IMG/VR virus record: IMGVR_UViG_3300027867_000006
Location: 1-63,521 of that record
Strand: one strand, 5' to 3'
Origin: a virus
Lineage: Duplodnaviria > Caudoviricetes
DNA length: 63,521 bases
Below the pieces are notes generated by a model that was given only the letters and a program-made list of their open reading frames with translations, made no database searches and was not told the origin of the DNA. The position numbers were made by a program, and so were the translations under genes. Shown here one piece after another: positions 17,912 through 27,179 of the stretch (within the stretch, counting starts at the first letter, position 1; each line of letters starts with the position of its first letter).

Positions 17912-18360
17912 GTGAAATTCAGTAAAGATGAACTGAGGTTGGTCGCAAGATCGAAGGGCTGGACAGGTGGCCGCGCGTCGAAGGACGACGTCCTCACCTG
18001 GTTGAATCAACGTGGCGTGCAGTTCCAGGACATCGCGAAAATCGTTGGCGACATGCGCCGTTCGGCGCGTGGCGTCGCGCCGTCGACTGCGCCGGCAGTC
18101 GCAGTACCGGCAGGCCTGTCGAAGACGGAAGTCGAGCAGATGATCGCTGAGAAGTTCTCGCCGGCCGCGGCGCTCGACATGAAGGAGGTACGTCGCATCA
18201 TCGCCGAGGCGGTCGCGAAGCAGCAGCCCGCCCGGGTCGTGGTCGATGGAACGAGCAAGCCCATCCTCCTGAAGGAACGCACGCATCCCCTGTTCGAGAA
18301 GGTCTTGCGCTGCGTGCGCGCTGGCATGAACGTCCTCCTGGTCGGCCCCGCTGGCTGCGG
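17912..18360 (+). pseudogene. Truncated MoxR/CbbQ-like AAA+ ATPase
   Basis: AGGAG SD; HPLFEKVL...NVLLVGPAGCG breaks just before the Walker A Lys. Confidence 0.7.
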
Positions 18361-18827
18361 CTCAGCTGGCAGGTACGCCCGGTCTCGAGCGTGTCGCCAA
18401 GCTGTTCGAGACCGCTCGATCGAACGGTCTCAGACGTGCTCAGATCGACATCGCTGTGATGCTGGGTGAGGACATCGTGCCGCTTCAGCTGAAGCCCGCC
18501 AAGAACGACGGGAAGAATCCTGGAGCGATCTACGTCAAGTGCGGTGGCACCGACGCCTACTTCGGGAAGATCCTGAAGGATGGGACCTTCCTGAAGTCGG
18601 GCGATTGCGGGCCAGACGAGCTCGCGGCACTCACGCTGTTCGCCAATGATCCAGTCGGCGTCTCGAGGGCGTCGGGCAAGCTGACTTCGAACTGCTGCTT
18701 CTGCCGGCAGAGATTGACCACGGAGGAATCCGTGGCGGTGGGATACGGTCCGACCTGCGCTGAGCATTACGGCCTGCCCTGGGGCGATGACCTTGTGGAG
18801 ACGCGGAACATTCCGCTGCCGCCATGA
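18351..18827 (+). CDS. DUF6011-like Zn-ribbon protein, apparently 5'-truncated
   Basis: CCFCRQRLTTEESVAVGYGPTCA; the frame stays protein-like upstream of the GTG at 18456 (LERVAKLFETARSNGL) but has no canonical start. Confidence 0.7.
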   Translation: MAAAQLAGTPGLERVAKLFETARSNGLRRAQIDIAVMLGEDIVPLQLKPAKNDGKNPGAIYVKCGGTDAYFGKILKDGTFLKSGDCGPDELAALTLFANDPVGVSRASGKLTSNCCFCRQRLTTEESVAVGYGPTCAEHYGLPWGDDLVETRNIPLPP

Positions 18828-19213
18828 AATGGGACAGCCCCGCGACGCAGATGTTGGCGGAGTCGCTCGCCACAGCCTTCGGTGTTCCTATCGATCAGAT
18901 CGAAGCGTATGTTGAAGCGCGACGCGAGAAGGCGCGTCAGCGTTTCGAGCGGCATCAGCGGAAGTGGGGCGCGGCGCTAGCCGCCCTCACAGACGTTCAG
19001 GCCGTTCTGGTATCGCAGGCTGAAGCCGATGGGCACTCGATCAACAAGCTGTATACTAATCGAGCGTCTCGGCGAACAGCTGTGATGATGGTGAAGTATC
19101 CCGTGTGGGACAATCGCAAACACCGCATGGGCACGAAGCTGTTGATGGTGTATCCGGATGGATCGAGGTCCACCACGATGGAGAAGTCAATTTCAATTAA
19201 GCAGTCGTTCTAA
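18824..19213 (+). CDS. Hypothetical early protein
   Basis: ATGA-coupled 129-aa ORF. Confidence 0.65.
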   Translation: MKWDSPATQMLAESLATAFGVPIDQIEAYVEARREKARQRFERHQRKWGAALAALTDVQAVLVSQAEADGHSINKLYTNRASRRTAVMMVKYPVWDNRKHRMGTKLLMVYPDGSRSTTMEKSISIKQSF

Positions 19214-19242
19214 ACCGTAGTCAACCCAAGGAGAGCAGCAAA

Positions 19243-19422
19243 ATGGAAAACATCAAGTGCACGGTGAAAGCAAACGTCCTCACGATCGAGGTCAAGCTGG
19301 ACGTGAAGGGAACCGAGTCGAAGAGCGGCAAGTCGATGGTACTCGCTTCGACCAAAGGGAACGTCGATGTCCCCGGCGCCGCGGGCGTGAAGTTCGGCCT
19401 CAACATCTACAAGAAGAAGTAG
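19243..19422 (+). CDS. 59-aa conserved small protein (not in ORF track)
   Basis: AAGGAG SD; MENIKCTVKANVLTIEV...SKSGKSMVLASTKGN...GLNIY. Confidence 0.8.
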   Translation: MENIKCTVKANVLTIEVKLDVKGTESKSGKSMVLASTKGNVDVPGAAGVKFGLNIYKKK

Positions 19423-19429
19423 CGACAAC

Positions 19430-19455
19430 TCCCGGCCGCCGCAAGGCGGCTGGGA
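19430..19455 (+). promoter_or_regulatory. Intergenic GNRA-tetraloop hairpin directly before an SD
   Basis: TCCCGGCCGCC-GCAA-GGCGGCTGGGA with no U-tract. Confidence 0.6.
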
Positions 19456-19471
19456 ACTCAAGGAGACTCGA

Positions 19472-19609
19472 ATGAACAAGTACTTCGTAAAGTACCAGAC
19501 CTGGGGAGTGAACATCATCCACTGGTTCCCGGATGCGATCAAGCGTGACGCCTACGCGGCCGCCCTGGTGATGAAAGCGACCGTAGTCGTCTGCGGGAGG
19601 CTTCCATGA
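19472..19609 (+). CDS. 45-aa hypothetical protein (not in ORF track)
   Basis: AAGGAG SD; MNKYFVKYQTWG...; ATGA overlap with the next gene. Confidence 0.65.
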   Translation: MNKYFVKYQTWGVNIIHWFPDAIKRDAYAAALVMKATVVVCGRLP

Positions 19610-20022
19610 AACGTCACAGAACCAAAGGAGTCGGCAAGATCAAAGGCACTCAGCGACAGGTCATGGTCAAGTTCGAAGGGAAAGGTCATGTCCTGACCTT
19701 CGTGCCCGACTACAAGCTCCACGGCGGCTGTGGAATCCATCATCTACCCGAGCCGTACACCGGACCGAGATCCCGAGTCGTCACCAAGGGCACGCGGCAG
19801 TTCGTCGTGACGCGCATGAATCGATCTCCCACAGGCTCGGCCCACGGAAGTTTCCAGATCGAGGAGCAAGTCGGCGAGAAGTTCATCGTCCGAGGCTTTC
19901 ATTGCAGCTGGCCGGACGAGGACACCTGCCTCAAGATCGCCCGCGATGACGAGCAGCATCGTCGGATCGGATACCACCCGCGTCTGTTCGCACGCTCAAA
20001 GCGCGTGTCGGAGAACGGGTAA
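19606..20022 (+). CDS. Hypothetical early protein
   Basis: Coupled ORF with GGAGG SD. Confidence 0.6.
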   Translation: MKRHRTKGVGKIKGTQRQVMVKFEGKGHVLTFVPDYKLHGGCGIHHLPEPYTGPRSRVVTKGTRQFVVTRMNRSPTGSAHGSFQIEEQVGEKFIVRGFHCSWPDEDTCLKIARDDEQHRRIGYHPRLFARSKRVSENG

Positions 20023-20047
20023 ATCGTAGTCACTCAAGGAGAGAACC

Positions 20048-20695
20048 ATGTCCGTGAAGAAAAAACCCAGCGTCAAGAAAGGAATGACCAAGCGCTCTGC
20101 GCCTCGCAACGCTGAGGAGATTGTGTCCGCAGTCCGCTCGAAACAGATCGTCTTGATGGTGGACGTGAAGAAGATCGTCGGACCGATCCCTCTCAAGATC
20201 GAACCCGAAGTGAAAGCGGTCGAGCCCCCTCTGCTGGAAGGCCTAGCCGAGTTCGCTGTGAAGGACACAGCGTACAAGCTGGTCGGGATGATCGATCCGA
20301 GCCAGGAGCCGACGATCGAACAGCGCCGTGCAATAGCGCGTCGCCTGATCGACATCGGTCCGAAGCTGCCGCAGTACATCCAGGGCGCCGCGATGCCCGC
20401 GCACATGTTCCACTCGAGCGCGATGGGACGCACCAAGACGAAGGAAGGTGGCGAAGGTGACGCCACGAGTTCGACGCCACGCGCCGCGAAGAAAGCGACA
20501 GCTGAAGGAATCCCGAACGGCGTGCCGCTGAAGAAGGTCTGCGCTCAAGCGAACGTGGACCCGAAGGTGGCGCGTCGCATCCTGAGGTCGAAGGGCAAGA
20601 AGCCCGCCGGCCGCTGGGAGTGGACGCCCGAAGACGTCCCCGCAGTCGTCGAGCTGCTGAAGATCGAAGCGGCCAAGCTGGAGAAGAAGCCATGA
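20048..20695 (+). CDS. Basic DNA-binding protein with C-terminal HTH
   Basis: LKKVCAQANVDPKVARRILRS...GRWEW; strong SD. Confidence 0.7.
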   Translation: MSVKKKPSVKKGMTKRSAPRNAEEIVSAVRSKQIVLMVDVKKIVGPIPLKIEPEVKAVEPPLLEGLAEFAVKDTAYKLVGMIDPSQEPTIEQRRAIARRLIDIGPKLPQYIQGAAMPAHMFHSSAMGRTKTKEGGEGDATSSTPRAAKKATAEGIPNGVPLKKVCAQANVDPKVARRILRSKGKKPAGRWEWTPEDVPAVVELLKIEAAKLEKKP

Positions 20696-20877
20696 ACAGA
20701 AAGACACGACGTGATCGAGAACGGACCTTTCCAAAGTGTCCTTGTGGTGCGACACTTGGATTGAGGATTCAGGAAGACGGAATGACCGTCTGTAGTCGAT
20801 GTGCAGAATTACTCGAAAAAATCAAAGACCAAGTTTGGGTTAGAGAACAACGTCTAGCGAAAGCGGGGGAATCATGA
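20692..20877 (+). CDS. Small Zn-finger protein
   Basis: CPCG...CSRC; coupled start MNRKTRR. Confidence 0.55.
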   Translation: MNRKTRRDRERTFPKCPCGATLGLRIQEDGMTVCSRCAELLEKIKDQVWVREQRLAKAGES

Positions 20878-21095
20878 GTCGAAAGACACTGGAGAAGAAG
20901 ATGATAGATAGTTCTCTCTTAACCGAAGCTCGTAAGAAGATTGAGGAGTTGCGAGAGCAGCGTGATCGAGCACTCCGTGCATTGTGGCGAATCGCTGAGA
21001 GCGTTGATGTGGTAACCGCTTCTCGAGCGTTCCCGAAGCGCCTGCGTCCAGGCATGGACGCGATCGCCCGGGAAGCGCGGGAGTACGCCAAATGA
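20874..21095 (+). CDS. Hypothetical protein
   Basis: Coupled ORF. Confidence 0.55.
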   Translation: MSRKTLEKKMIDSSLLTEARKKIEELREQRDRALRALWRIAESVDVVTASRAFPKRLRPGMDAIAREAREYAK

Positions 21096-21364
21096 GCGCG
21101 AAGAAGATGATCGCACGCCGGATCGATCGAGCTGTGGAACGGGCCAACCGAAGAGCGAAGCGCGACGCGATCAAGAAAGTGCAAGCGGATCGCGGGCGCG
21201 CTCGACGTTTCCTGGCACAGCAGATGGGGGTGTTCATGCTCAACGAACTCGAGCACGTCGGATGCTTCTCGATCAAGGATTATGCGAATATCCGACCGAA
21301 GTCCGTGATCAATGCTTGGGTCAATGAGTTCGGGATCCGTCGTATCGAAGCTCGAAGGAAATGA
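21092..21364 (+). CDS. Hypothetical basic protein
   Basis: Coupled ORF with GGAG SD. Confidence 0.55.
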   Translation: MSAKKMIARRIDRAVERANRRAKRDAIKKVQADRGRARRFLAQQMGVFMLNELEHVGCFSIKDYANIRPKSVINAWVNEFGIRRIEARRK

Positions 21365-21636
21365 TGATGAAACTCAATCCGCGTTGGCGTCGTGTCCAAG
21401 ATGGAAAAAATCCGCCCATCGGTCGGCCCTGTATCGTAGCTAAGAGGAGAGAACCGAATGAGCACAACCCTGCCCACTTCACGATCGAGTTCGCACAGCG
21501 AGAGCCCGACTCGAATTCCGATCGCGGAGGAGCGTGGTCGTGGTCGTGTGCTGATGGTGAGATGGCAGGCTCTCAGTACTTCGACGCTTGGACTCTCGCC
21601 CCCCGAGTCGTCCAGGGCGAGGACCCTCAGATCTAA
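21361..21636 (+). CDS. Hypothetical protein
   Basis: Coupled ORF with a W..V...PP.GRP..V pattern. Confidence 0.55.
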   Translation: MMMKLNPRWRRVQDGKNPPIGRPCIVAKRREPNEHNPAHFTIEFAQREPDSNSDRGGAWSWSCADGEMAGSQYFDAWTLAPRVVQGEDPQI

Positions 21637-21641
21637 GGCCC

Positions 21642-21698
21642 CTCGTAACTCGTTGATTATTAAGGATAATAAATGCTTGTAAATCAACGAGTTACGAG
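21642..21698. repeat. Perfect 17-bp inverted repeat containing two IHF consensus sites
   Basis: CTCGTAACTCGTTGATT (21642-21658) / AATCAACGAGTTACGAG (21682-21698); AT-rich spacer. Confidence 0.85.
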
Positions 21699-21851
21699 TG
21701 TCGAGCTTTCGACACTGAAGCGATTTGCGGCGGTGGGAGCTCGTTCGGGCATAGGGACAGGTCGAACCCTCGAAAACGCCGCAAATCACGCTCAAATCGC
21801 CTGGGTTCAGGCCTCGCGACCCCCTCGAAACATGCGCTTTTCGACCTCGAG

Positions 21852-23156
21852 GTGCGCCTGGTGACGACACCCCCCCTCCTATCCCACCAGGTCGAGGCTC
21901 GCGATCGAGCCCTCAAGCACGATGGGTTCGCGCTGTTCATGGAGCAGCGGACGATGAAGACGCGAGTGTCCTACGAGGTGATCAAGGAGCGCTCCCCGAA
22001 GCGTCTGCTGATCGCGTGCCCGGAAATCGCTATCGCCGTGTGGGAAGCGCACAGGGAATGGGGCTACGGTCTGCCTGGCACTGAGGTTCGCATCATGACG
22101 TGGGACTCGCTGTGGTCGAACCGACGCCGGCTAAAGACGTGGTGTCCTGACTTCGTTGTGGCGGACGAGCTTCACTACGCGAAGAACCGCCACTCGAAAC
22201 GATCGAGGGTCATCCGCGCTTGCGGGCGTCGAGCGAAGTGGCGCTTGGGGCTGACGGGTACGCCACAGGAGACGGGTCTCGAGGACTACTGGGCGCAGAT
22301 GAACTTCGTTGACCCAGAGCTGTTTGGCGAGTGGAGTTTCTTCAAGGAGCGGTACCTGATCATGGGGGGCTTCAAAGGCAAGCAGATCGTCGGCTACCAG
22401 AACGAGGGGGAATTCACCAAGCTGCTGTACACCCGGGCCTTCCGCGTCGAGCTGGAAGAGATCAAGCCCCACAAGACGGACATCGCGCCACCGAACATCG
22501 TCCGCTTCGACCTCGAGGAGACTGACTCGACGTACCGAGCGATGGAAAAGGACTTCATGATCGCGCTCGAGGACCGGAAGATTAAAGCCCGAACGATCAG
22601 CGGCGAGTTCGTCTGGACCGAAAAGCGAATCACCGCACCACGTGCGATCACACTCGCTATGAAGCTCCACCAGCTGTCAGGCGGGTTCCTGATGGATGAG
22701 AACCGCCGACCCATCTGGTATGGCTACGAAAAGCTGACGTGGACAGGCGCACTCCTGCTCGAGCTAGGGCGCGTCCCCGTGGTGATCTTCGTTCGGTTCA
22801 TCCCTGAACTATATCGGCTCGGGCAGCTGTGCCGCGTGCTCGGCCGATCAGTGACGCTGGTATCCGGCAAGAACAAGTTCCGGGGGTTCGACACTGACGT
22901 CATCGTGGTGCAGATCCAGTCCGGCATCTCGATCGACCTATCACGCGCCGAGGAAGCGATCTTCCACTCGTGGACCTACAGCCACCTGACGCATGACCAG
23001 TCGAAATCACGCATTCTGTCTTACTGGGGCCTGCGGGCGAGGTATCACTATCTCGTAGCAAACGGCACCGTGGACGAAGATCTGCTCAAAGCGGTGATGG
23101 ACAAGGTTAGTTTTGCAAAACTTATTCTCAACAAGTATCGGAGAAAATACCAATGA
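21852..23156 (+). CDS. SNF2-like SF2 helicase
   Basis: HQ; FMEQRTMKT; VADELH; LTGTP; ISIDLS; QSKSRI. Confidence 0.9.
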   Translation: MRLVTTPPLLSHQVEARDRALKHDGFALFMEQRTMKTRVSYEVIKERSPKRLLIACPEIAIAVWEAHREWGYGLPGTEVRIMTWDSLWSNRRRLKTWCPDFVVADELHYAKNRHSKRSRVIRACGRRAKWRLGLTGTPQETGLEDYWAQMNFVDPELFGEWSFFKERYLIMGGFKGKQIVGYQNEGEFTKLLYTRAFRVELEEIKPHKTDIAPPNIVRFDLEETDSTYRAMEKDFMIALEDRKIKARTISGEFVWTEKRITAPRAITLAMKLHQLSGGFLMDENRRPIWYGYEKLTWTGALLLELGRVPVVIFVRFIPELYRLGQLCRVLGRSVTLVSGKNKFRGFDTDVIVVQIQSGISIDLSRAEEAIFHSWTYSHLTHDQSKSRILSYWGLRARYHYLVANGTVDEDLLKAVMDKVSFAKLILNKYRRKYQ

Positions 23157-23174
23157 CCGTGAGAAAGAAGATTG

Positions 23175-23202
23175 TTGACTCTCAGCCAAGTGGTGATACG
23201 AT
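23175..23202 (+). promoter_or_regulatory. sigma70 promoter
   Basis: TTGACT, 16-bp spacer, extended -10 TGaTACGAT. Confidence 0.55.
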
Positions 23203-23272
23203 GAGATTGTCCCGCCACCTCTTACGAGTACGCGAGGCGATCAAAAACCTACCAACCGATGAAGGAGCGAAC

Positions 23273-23590
23273 ATGCAAAACGATGACACCCCTGGCACTG
23301 CCGGCAGCGACGCTGGTTCCGATGCATCCAAGACCACGGTGAAGAAGAAGCCGAAGAAGGTCGTGAAGAAAGCGGCCAAGAAGTCCACCGTGAAGAAGGT
23401 CGTGAAGACCGCGACGAACCAGGTCACTCTGGCCGAGGTTGCCAAGGAGCTCAAGATGGAACCGCGCACGGCGCGCCGGATCCTCCGGAACTCCAAGGTG
23501 AAGAACCCCGGTCGCTGGGCGTGGGACAAGGGCAGCTCCGGTCTCGCGGCCGCGAAGAAAGCCCTGAAGGAATCTCAGGCCGACAAGTAA
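23273..23590 (+). CDS. Lys-rich histone-like protein with C-terminal HTH
   Basis: AAGGAG SD; KKKPKKVVKKAAKK; LAEVAKELKMEPRTARRILRN...GRWAW. Confidence 0.75.
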   Translation: MQNDDTPGTAGSDAGSDASKTTVKKKPKKVVKKAAKKSTVKKVVKTATNQVTLAEVAKELKMEPRTARRILRNSKVKNPGRWAWDKGSSGLAAAKKALKESQADK

Positions 23591-23777
23591 TCGAATAGCC
23601 GCGAGCGCTGCGGCCCGCTCTTGGCGGGGTCATCCTTCTCCGATCCCGCCACGAGCTATCCTTGAACCCTGCTGTCCCCCTCCGGGTACGTTTTAAGCGC
23701 AAGGGGGACTTGTTTTAAAACTCCACTACTTCCAGCAGGCGGCGCGAGACCCCGACGATGAGGCTCTTGCGTTCGCC

Positions 23778-24011
23778 GTGCAGTGGGGACTGGTGCCCCA
23801 AGGATGTCTCCTTGGTGGTCGCGTTCTGTCTCCGATCCTATCCCTCAAGAAAGATCCCTGCAAGACCTGTCCAGGTCCACGTGTCCGTTGCGGCGGCAGG
23901 TCCCCGTCCACGCTCGAAGAGCGCATCCAGGATTTGAACGAAGGGCGCATACGATCGATCCTGCTCGGCACGGACGAGTCCGTGATCGATCAGTTACTCA
24001 AACGTCACTAG
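23778..24011 (+). CDS. Cys-containing hypothetical protein (start uncertain)
   Basis: GLVPQGCLLGG...DPCKTCPGPRVRCGGR; frame is open back to 23697. Confidence 0.5.
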   Translation: MQWGLVPQGCLLGGRVLSPILSLKKDPCKTCPGPRVRCGGRSPSTLEERIQDLNEGRIRSILLGTDESVIDQLLKRH

Positions 24012-24020
24012 GAGCCTATC

Positions 24021-24239
24021 ATGGCCAAGGTGCTCATTGTTGTCGAAGACGGGCCGATCGTCAACGGCGTTCAGAAAGTCGAAGTCTCTGTCGTGTTCGA
24101 CCCGCCGGTGAAGGACCCAAACGACTCGCGCACCTGGACTGGTGCTCAGCGAATCGGCAACGCAGCGATCGAGATAGCTCTCAAGAGAAAGGGCGTCCGA
24201 CGTAAGTCAGATGCCCCATTGCCGAAGCACACTTCTTAG
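24021..24239 (+). CDS. Hypothetical protein
   Basis: AGGAG SD; last gene of the plus-strand unit. Confidence 0.6.
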   Translation: MAKVLIVVEDGPIVNGVQKVEVSVVFDPPVKDPNDSRTWTGAQRIGNAAIEIALKRKGVRRKSDAPLPKHTS

Positions 24240-24859
24240 CTTGTGACCAGAGCGGCCCCTGCAAGGTAAAGCTTGACATGATGATCGCGCACTGGTGAGA
24301 AGTCCCCCGGCGCCGCGGCTTGATCCATCCCTCCTGGCGCTTCGGTGTGTTCCCAAAGTGGTAAGATTCCAGGCACGCATGGAATCGGATCGTTCCGGTT
24401 TCGCCATGAAACGTGCCGCATGCCAGACTTCTCGATCACGCGACGCAGATTGGCGAAGCCCGGACGAGGCGATCCGAAGACATGGACCTCTTCGACGGGT
24501 ATGCCCATCACCACGAACATCCCTGCTTGGACTCTCGCCTCAGCACCACCCAGCGAGTGGCCAGTGAAGCAGTTGCGCTTGCCGGCTACTTGGCTGATCG
24601 ACTTGTAGACATCATCCTCGCCGTGCAGAAACCCGGCGTGAATGAAGCCGAGCATCGGATGCCAGACCGGAAACACCTCGGCGTCACGGATGAAGTCCTC
24701 CGGTGCCTTTGTTCCTTCGAAGGCGAACAAGTCCACGTCTTCGATCTTTCGATGGCAGACGTGGACTCCATCAATGCGCCACTCATGATCCCACTTGGCA
24801 GCAGGATCATAAGCATCCGAGCTCGCTTGTGCGTACTGCGAGCAGGTCGGGTTCATCAC
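24236..24859 (-). CDS. Class 3 lipase (alpha/beta hydrolase)
   Basis: HAGF; TGHSLGGA (GxSxG); FGSPRPG; NDPIPCVP; C-terminal DH. Confidence 0.9.
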   Translation of the reverse strand: MMNPTCSQYAQASSDAYDPAAKWDHEWRIDGVHVCHRKIEDVDLFAFEGTKAPEDFIRDAEVFPVWHPMLGFIHAGFLHGEDDVYKSISQVAGKRNCFTGHSLGGAEARVQAGMFVVMGIPVEEVHVFGSPRPGFANLRRVIEKSGMRHVSWRNRNDPIPCVPGILPLWEHTEAPGGMDQAAAPGDFSPVRDHHVKLYLAGAALVTS

Positions 24860-25416
24860 TTGCCGATGCTTGGTGCGGCCACCGGCAATGAAGCCGCAGG
24901 ACCACTCAGCAGCCCGAGCGGATCCACGATTCCGACCTGGATGTCCATTTGCAGCGCGCCGCAGGCCATGTTAATCTCCTGTCGGAAGTGATTGAACTGC
25001 GCCGGGCTGATGAAAAAGGCCAGCGAATTGATTGCGGCTTTTTCGTCACGCAGTCTCTGAAAATCCGAAAAGGCGCAAGGCGCGGACGCCACGCAGCTCG
25101 GCACGCCGCCGGGAGGCGCTGGTGGATTCTTGGCCGCCATGAACGCCTGGATCTCCTGCGCCACAGGAATCAGCCCTGTCCAGCACTGATTGGCAACCGG
25201 GTCATTGTGCGCGACCGCGTCTGCTGAGGCGCTTTGCAGGTCAGGAATCGCCGCTGTTGCGAGCTTGGTGATGATGTCTGGCGGCGGTGTGGCGGTTGCG
25301 GGACCGCCGACACTGACGGAAGCCTTGGCGATTTCATTGTTCAAGCCAACAGACCCCGAGGTCACGCACCCGGCGAGTGCTGCGACTGCAACTGCTACGG
25401 CGATAAAGCGTTTCAT
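24856..25416 (-). CDS. Lipoprotein in the lysis cassette
   Basis: MKRFIAVAVAVAALAGC lipobox; AAGGAG SD. Confidence 0.75.
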   Translation of the reverse strand: MKRFIAVAVAVAALAGCVTSGSVGLNNEIAKASVSVGGPATATPPPDIITKLATAAIPDLQSASADAVAHNDPVANQCWTGLIPVAQEIQAFMAAKNPPAPPGGVPSCVASAPCAFSDFQRLRDEKAAINSLAFFISPAQFNHFRQEINMACGALQMDIQVGIVDPLGLLSGPAASLPVAAPSIGK

Positions 25417-25445
25417 AATCGCTCCTTCAGTTGACAACGATTGGA

Positions 25446-26207
25446 CTACGAAAGGTACTGGAGGTCCGAGACCAGTTGTTCGAGGTCGAACCCCGGAGGG
25501 GCGGTGCCCGTCGACTTGATCCAATCGAAAAACACCTCAGCATGAGCCTCGTCGGCGAACTGCTTGAAGAACGCCGGCGTCATTGCTTGGAGTTTCCCCC
25601 AAGTCACGACGTAGAAGTACTGCCCATCATACTTGACGATCGGCACGTCATGGCCGCCTTCAATGTCCTGTGAGGCAGGGGGGTTCAGGTCCCACGGCTC
25701 GTTCCGATCGAACTGGTCCATTGCGAAAGTGGGCATATTCAACCCGATGCGGCAGTGGCCCATCAACTGCACAGCCCACTTTACATGATCGAGATTCGCG
25801 GGATCGATCATTCCATCAGCGTCAGATTTGTGTCCGAGGAAGCCGGTGGCCTTGAGGTAGTCGCACATGGCGCTCTCGTCGCAGCCGTTGTCGGTGTTGT
25901 CCGGGTTGGCCGGATTGTAGCCGCCGACCGCTTCGTAGAGCGCGATGACGTCAGCATCCGTCGGCACCACAATCGTAGATGCATTCGCTGTGCGCAGCAT
26001 CAGGGTGTGTCCAGTATCAGCGCAAACGCAATCCCCCAGAGTGTCGTTTCCCATCATGCCCCAGTCCTTGCCACTTTTGACGACTGCAGCAACGTAGTCG
26101 TCCGATGCGGTGGGCGGAGAACCGAGATCATTCAGATGCTGCGCCAGAATCAATGCACCTCGCATTGAATGTAGTGTATGACGTGCTGGATGTTTGCCAA
26201 GCTTCAT
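25446..26207 (-). CDS. Papain-like (C1-type) cysteine peptidase
   Basis: NDTLGDCVCA catalytic Cys; GGHDV; VVTWG. Confidence 0.65.
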   Translation of the reverse strand: MKLGKHPARHTLHSMRGALILAQHLNDLGSPPTASDDYVAAVVKSGKDWGMMGNDTLGDCVCADTGHTLMLRTANASTIVVPTDADVIALYEAVGGYNPANPDNTDNGCDESAMCDYLKATGFLGHKSDADGMIDPANLDHVKWAVQLMGHCRIGLNMPTFAMDQFDRNEPWDLNPPASQDIEGGHDVPIVKYDGQYFYVVTWGKLQAMTPAFFKQFADEAHAEVFFDWIKSTGTAPPGFDLEQLVSDLQYLS

Positions 26208-26710
26208 GGTTTTACTCCGGGGTTGGTGGTGGCGACATCGCCATTGCCCTTGGTGCCCTTGTTCGCCATGCTGTCGAAGATGTAGCCGGATTTCAGCGCT
26301 GTGGCGATCACCATCGACCAGCCGACAAATTCTCCGGAGGCAGAGGTAAATAACCCAAGGCCCACTTCGCCAAACAGTTCCGCCGCGATGCTGCAAGCCG
26401 CGAGCATGGTTGCCCGGGGATGCTGACGGAACATATAGTCGAACAGGGAGCCAGCGATCTCGCCAGTCAGCCAGCGTTTTGTGTAGTTGCCGATCATCCC
26501 GATCACGCCGAAGAAAAGCAAAGCGCCGTAAATTTCAGTTTCTCGACCCGTGAGGAAAGCGATCAGGTATTGGAAGAGCGACTGATTCTGGGCGCTGGCG
26601 TTGGCGAGCGCGTCTTGCACCGGGGGGCCAATGGCGAGCGCCAGTACCGGAGAAAAGAACAGCCAGAAAACCAGCCAAGCGGTAAGGATCAGGGACTGTC
26701 GTTTGCTCAT
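26204..26710 (-). CDS. Multi-TM membrane protein (holin-like)
   Basis: N-terminal signal/TM segment plus ~3 hydrophobic segments. Confidence 0.55.
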   Translation of the reverse strand: MSKRQSLILTAWLVFWLFFSPVLALAIGPPVQDALANASAQNQSLFQYLIAFLTGRETEIYGALLFFGVIGMIGNYTKRWLTGEIAGSLFDYMFRQHPRATMLAACSIAAELFGEVGLGLFTSASGEFVGWSMVIATALKSGYIFDSMANKGTKGNGDVATTNPGVKP

Positions 26711-26711
26711 A

Positions 26712-27179
26712 TCAGGCCTCCACGGTCAATATAAAGGAATCGAGCCCGGCTTGCAGGTCCATAAACTTAGCGAAAGTCTTTCGACTATTGGTGATCATTT
26801 CAGTCGGAGGACTGTTCGGAGAATAGCCGATGACTTCTTGATCGCCCATCAGCGGACAGCCCTTGGAATCCTTGTTGAAATTTCCCCAATGAAACACTAT
26901 ACCGCTGTGGCCCGGTATGCCGGTGATCTCGAACGTCTCGAATTTGGTGCCGTCCTCCAGCTCGTGAGGTCCGCGCCGGCAGATAAAAACCCCTGGCGTC
27001 AGTTTGGGGATGAGTGGGGTGTTGGGGTATGCCCCTGCTGCGGAAGCCACTTCCGGATCGTCCCGGTCGTATGCGTGCTCTAGGATAATAGCAACCTCGT
27101 CTTCGGCGATGTCGTCAGTCAGCAAGCCGCTGAAGATCCCATCGAGTTGGTACTTGTCGCGCTTGAGTCTGAGATTCAT
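26712..27179 (-). CDS. DUF5675-family putative endolysin
   Basis: FETFEITGIPGHSGIVFHWGNFNKDSKGCPLMG. Confidence 0.75.
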   Translation of the reverse strand: MNLRLKRDKYQLDGIFSGLLTDDIAEDEVAIILEHAYDRDDPEVASAAGAYPNTPLIPKLTPGVFICRRGPHELEDGTKFETFEITGIPGHSGIVFHWGNFNKDSKGCPLMGDQEVIGYSPNSPPTEMITNSRKTFAKFMDLQAGLDSFILTVEA

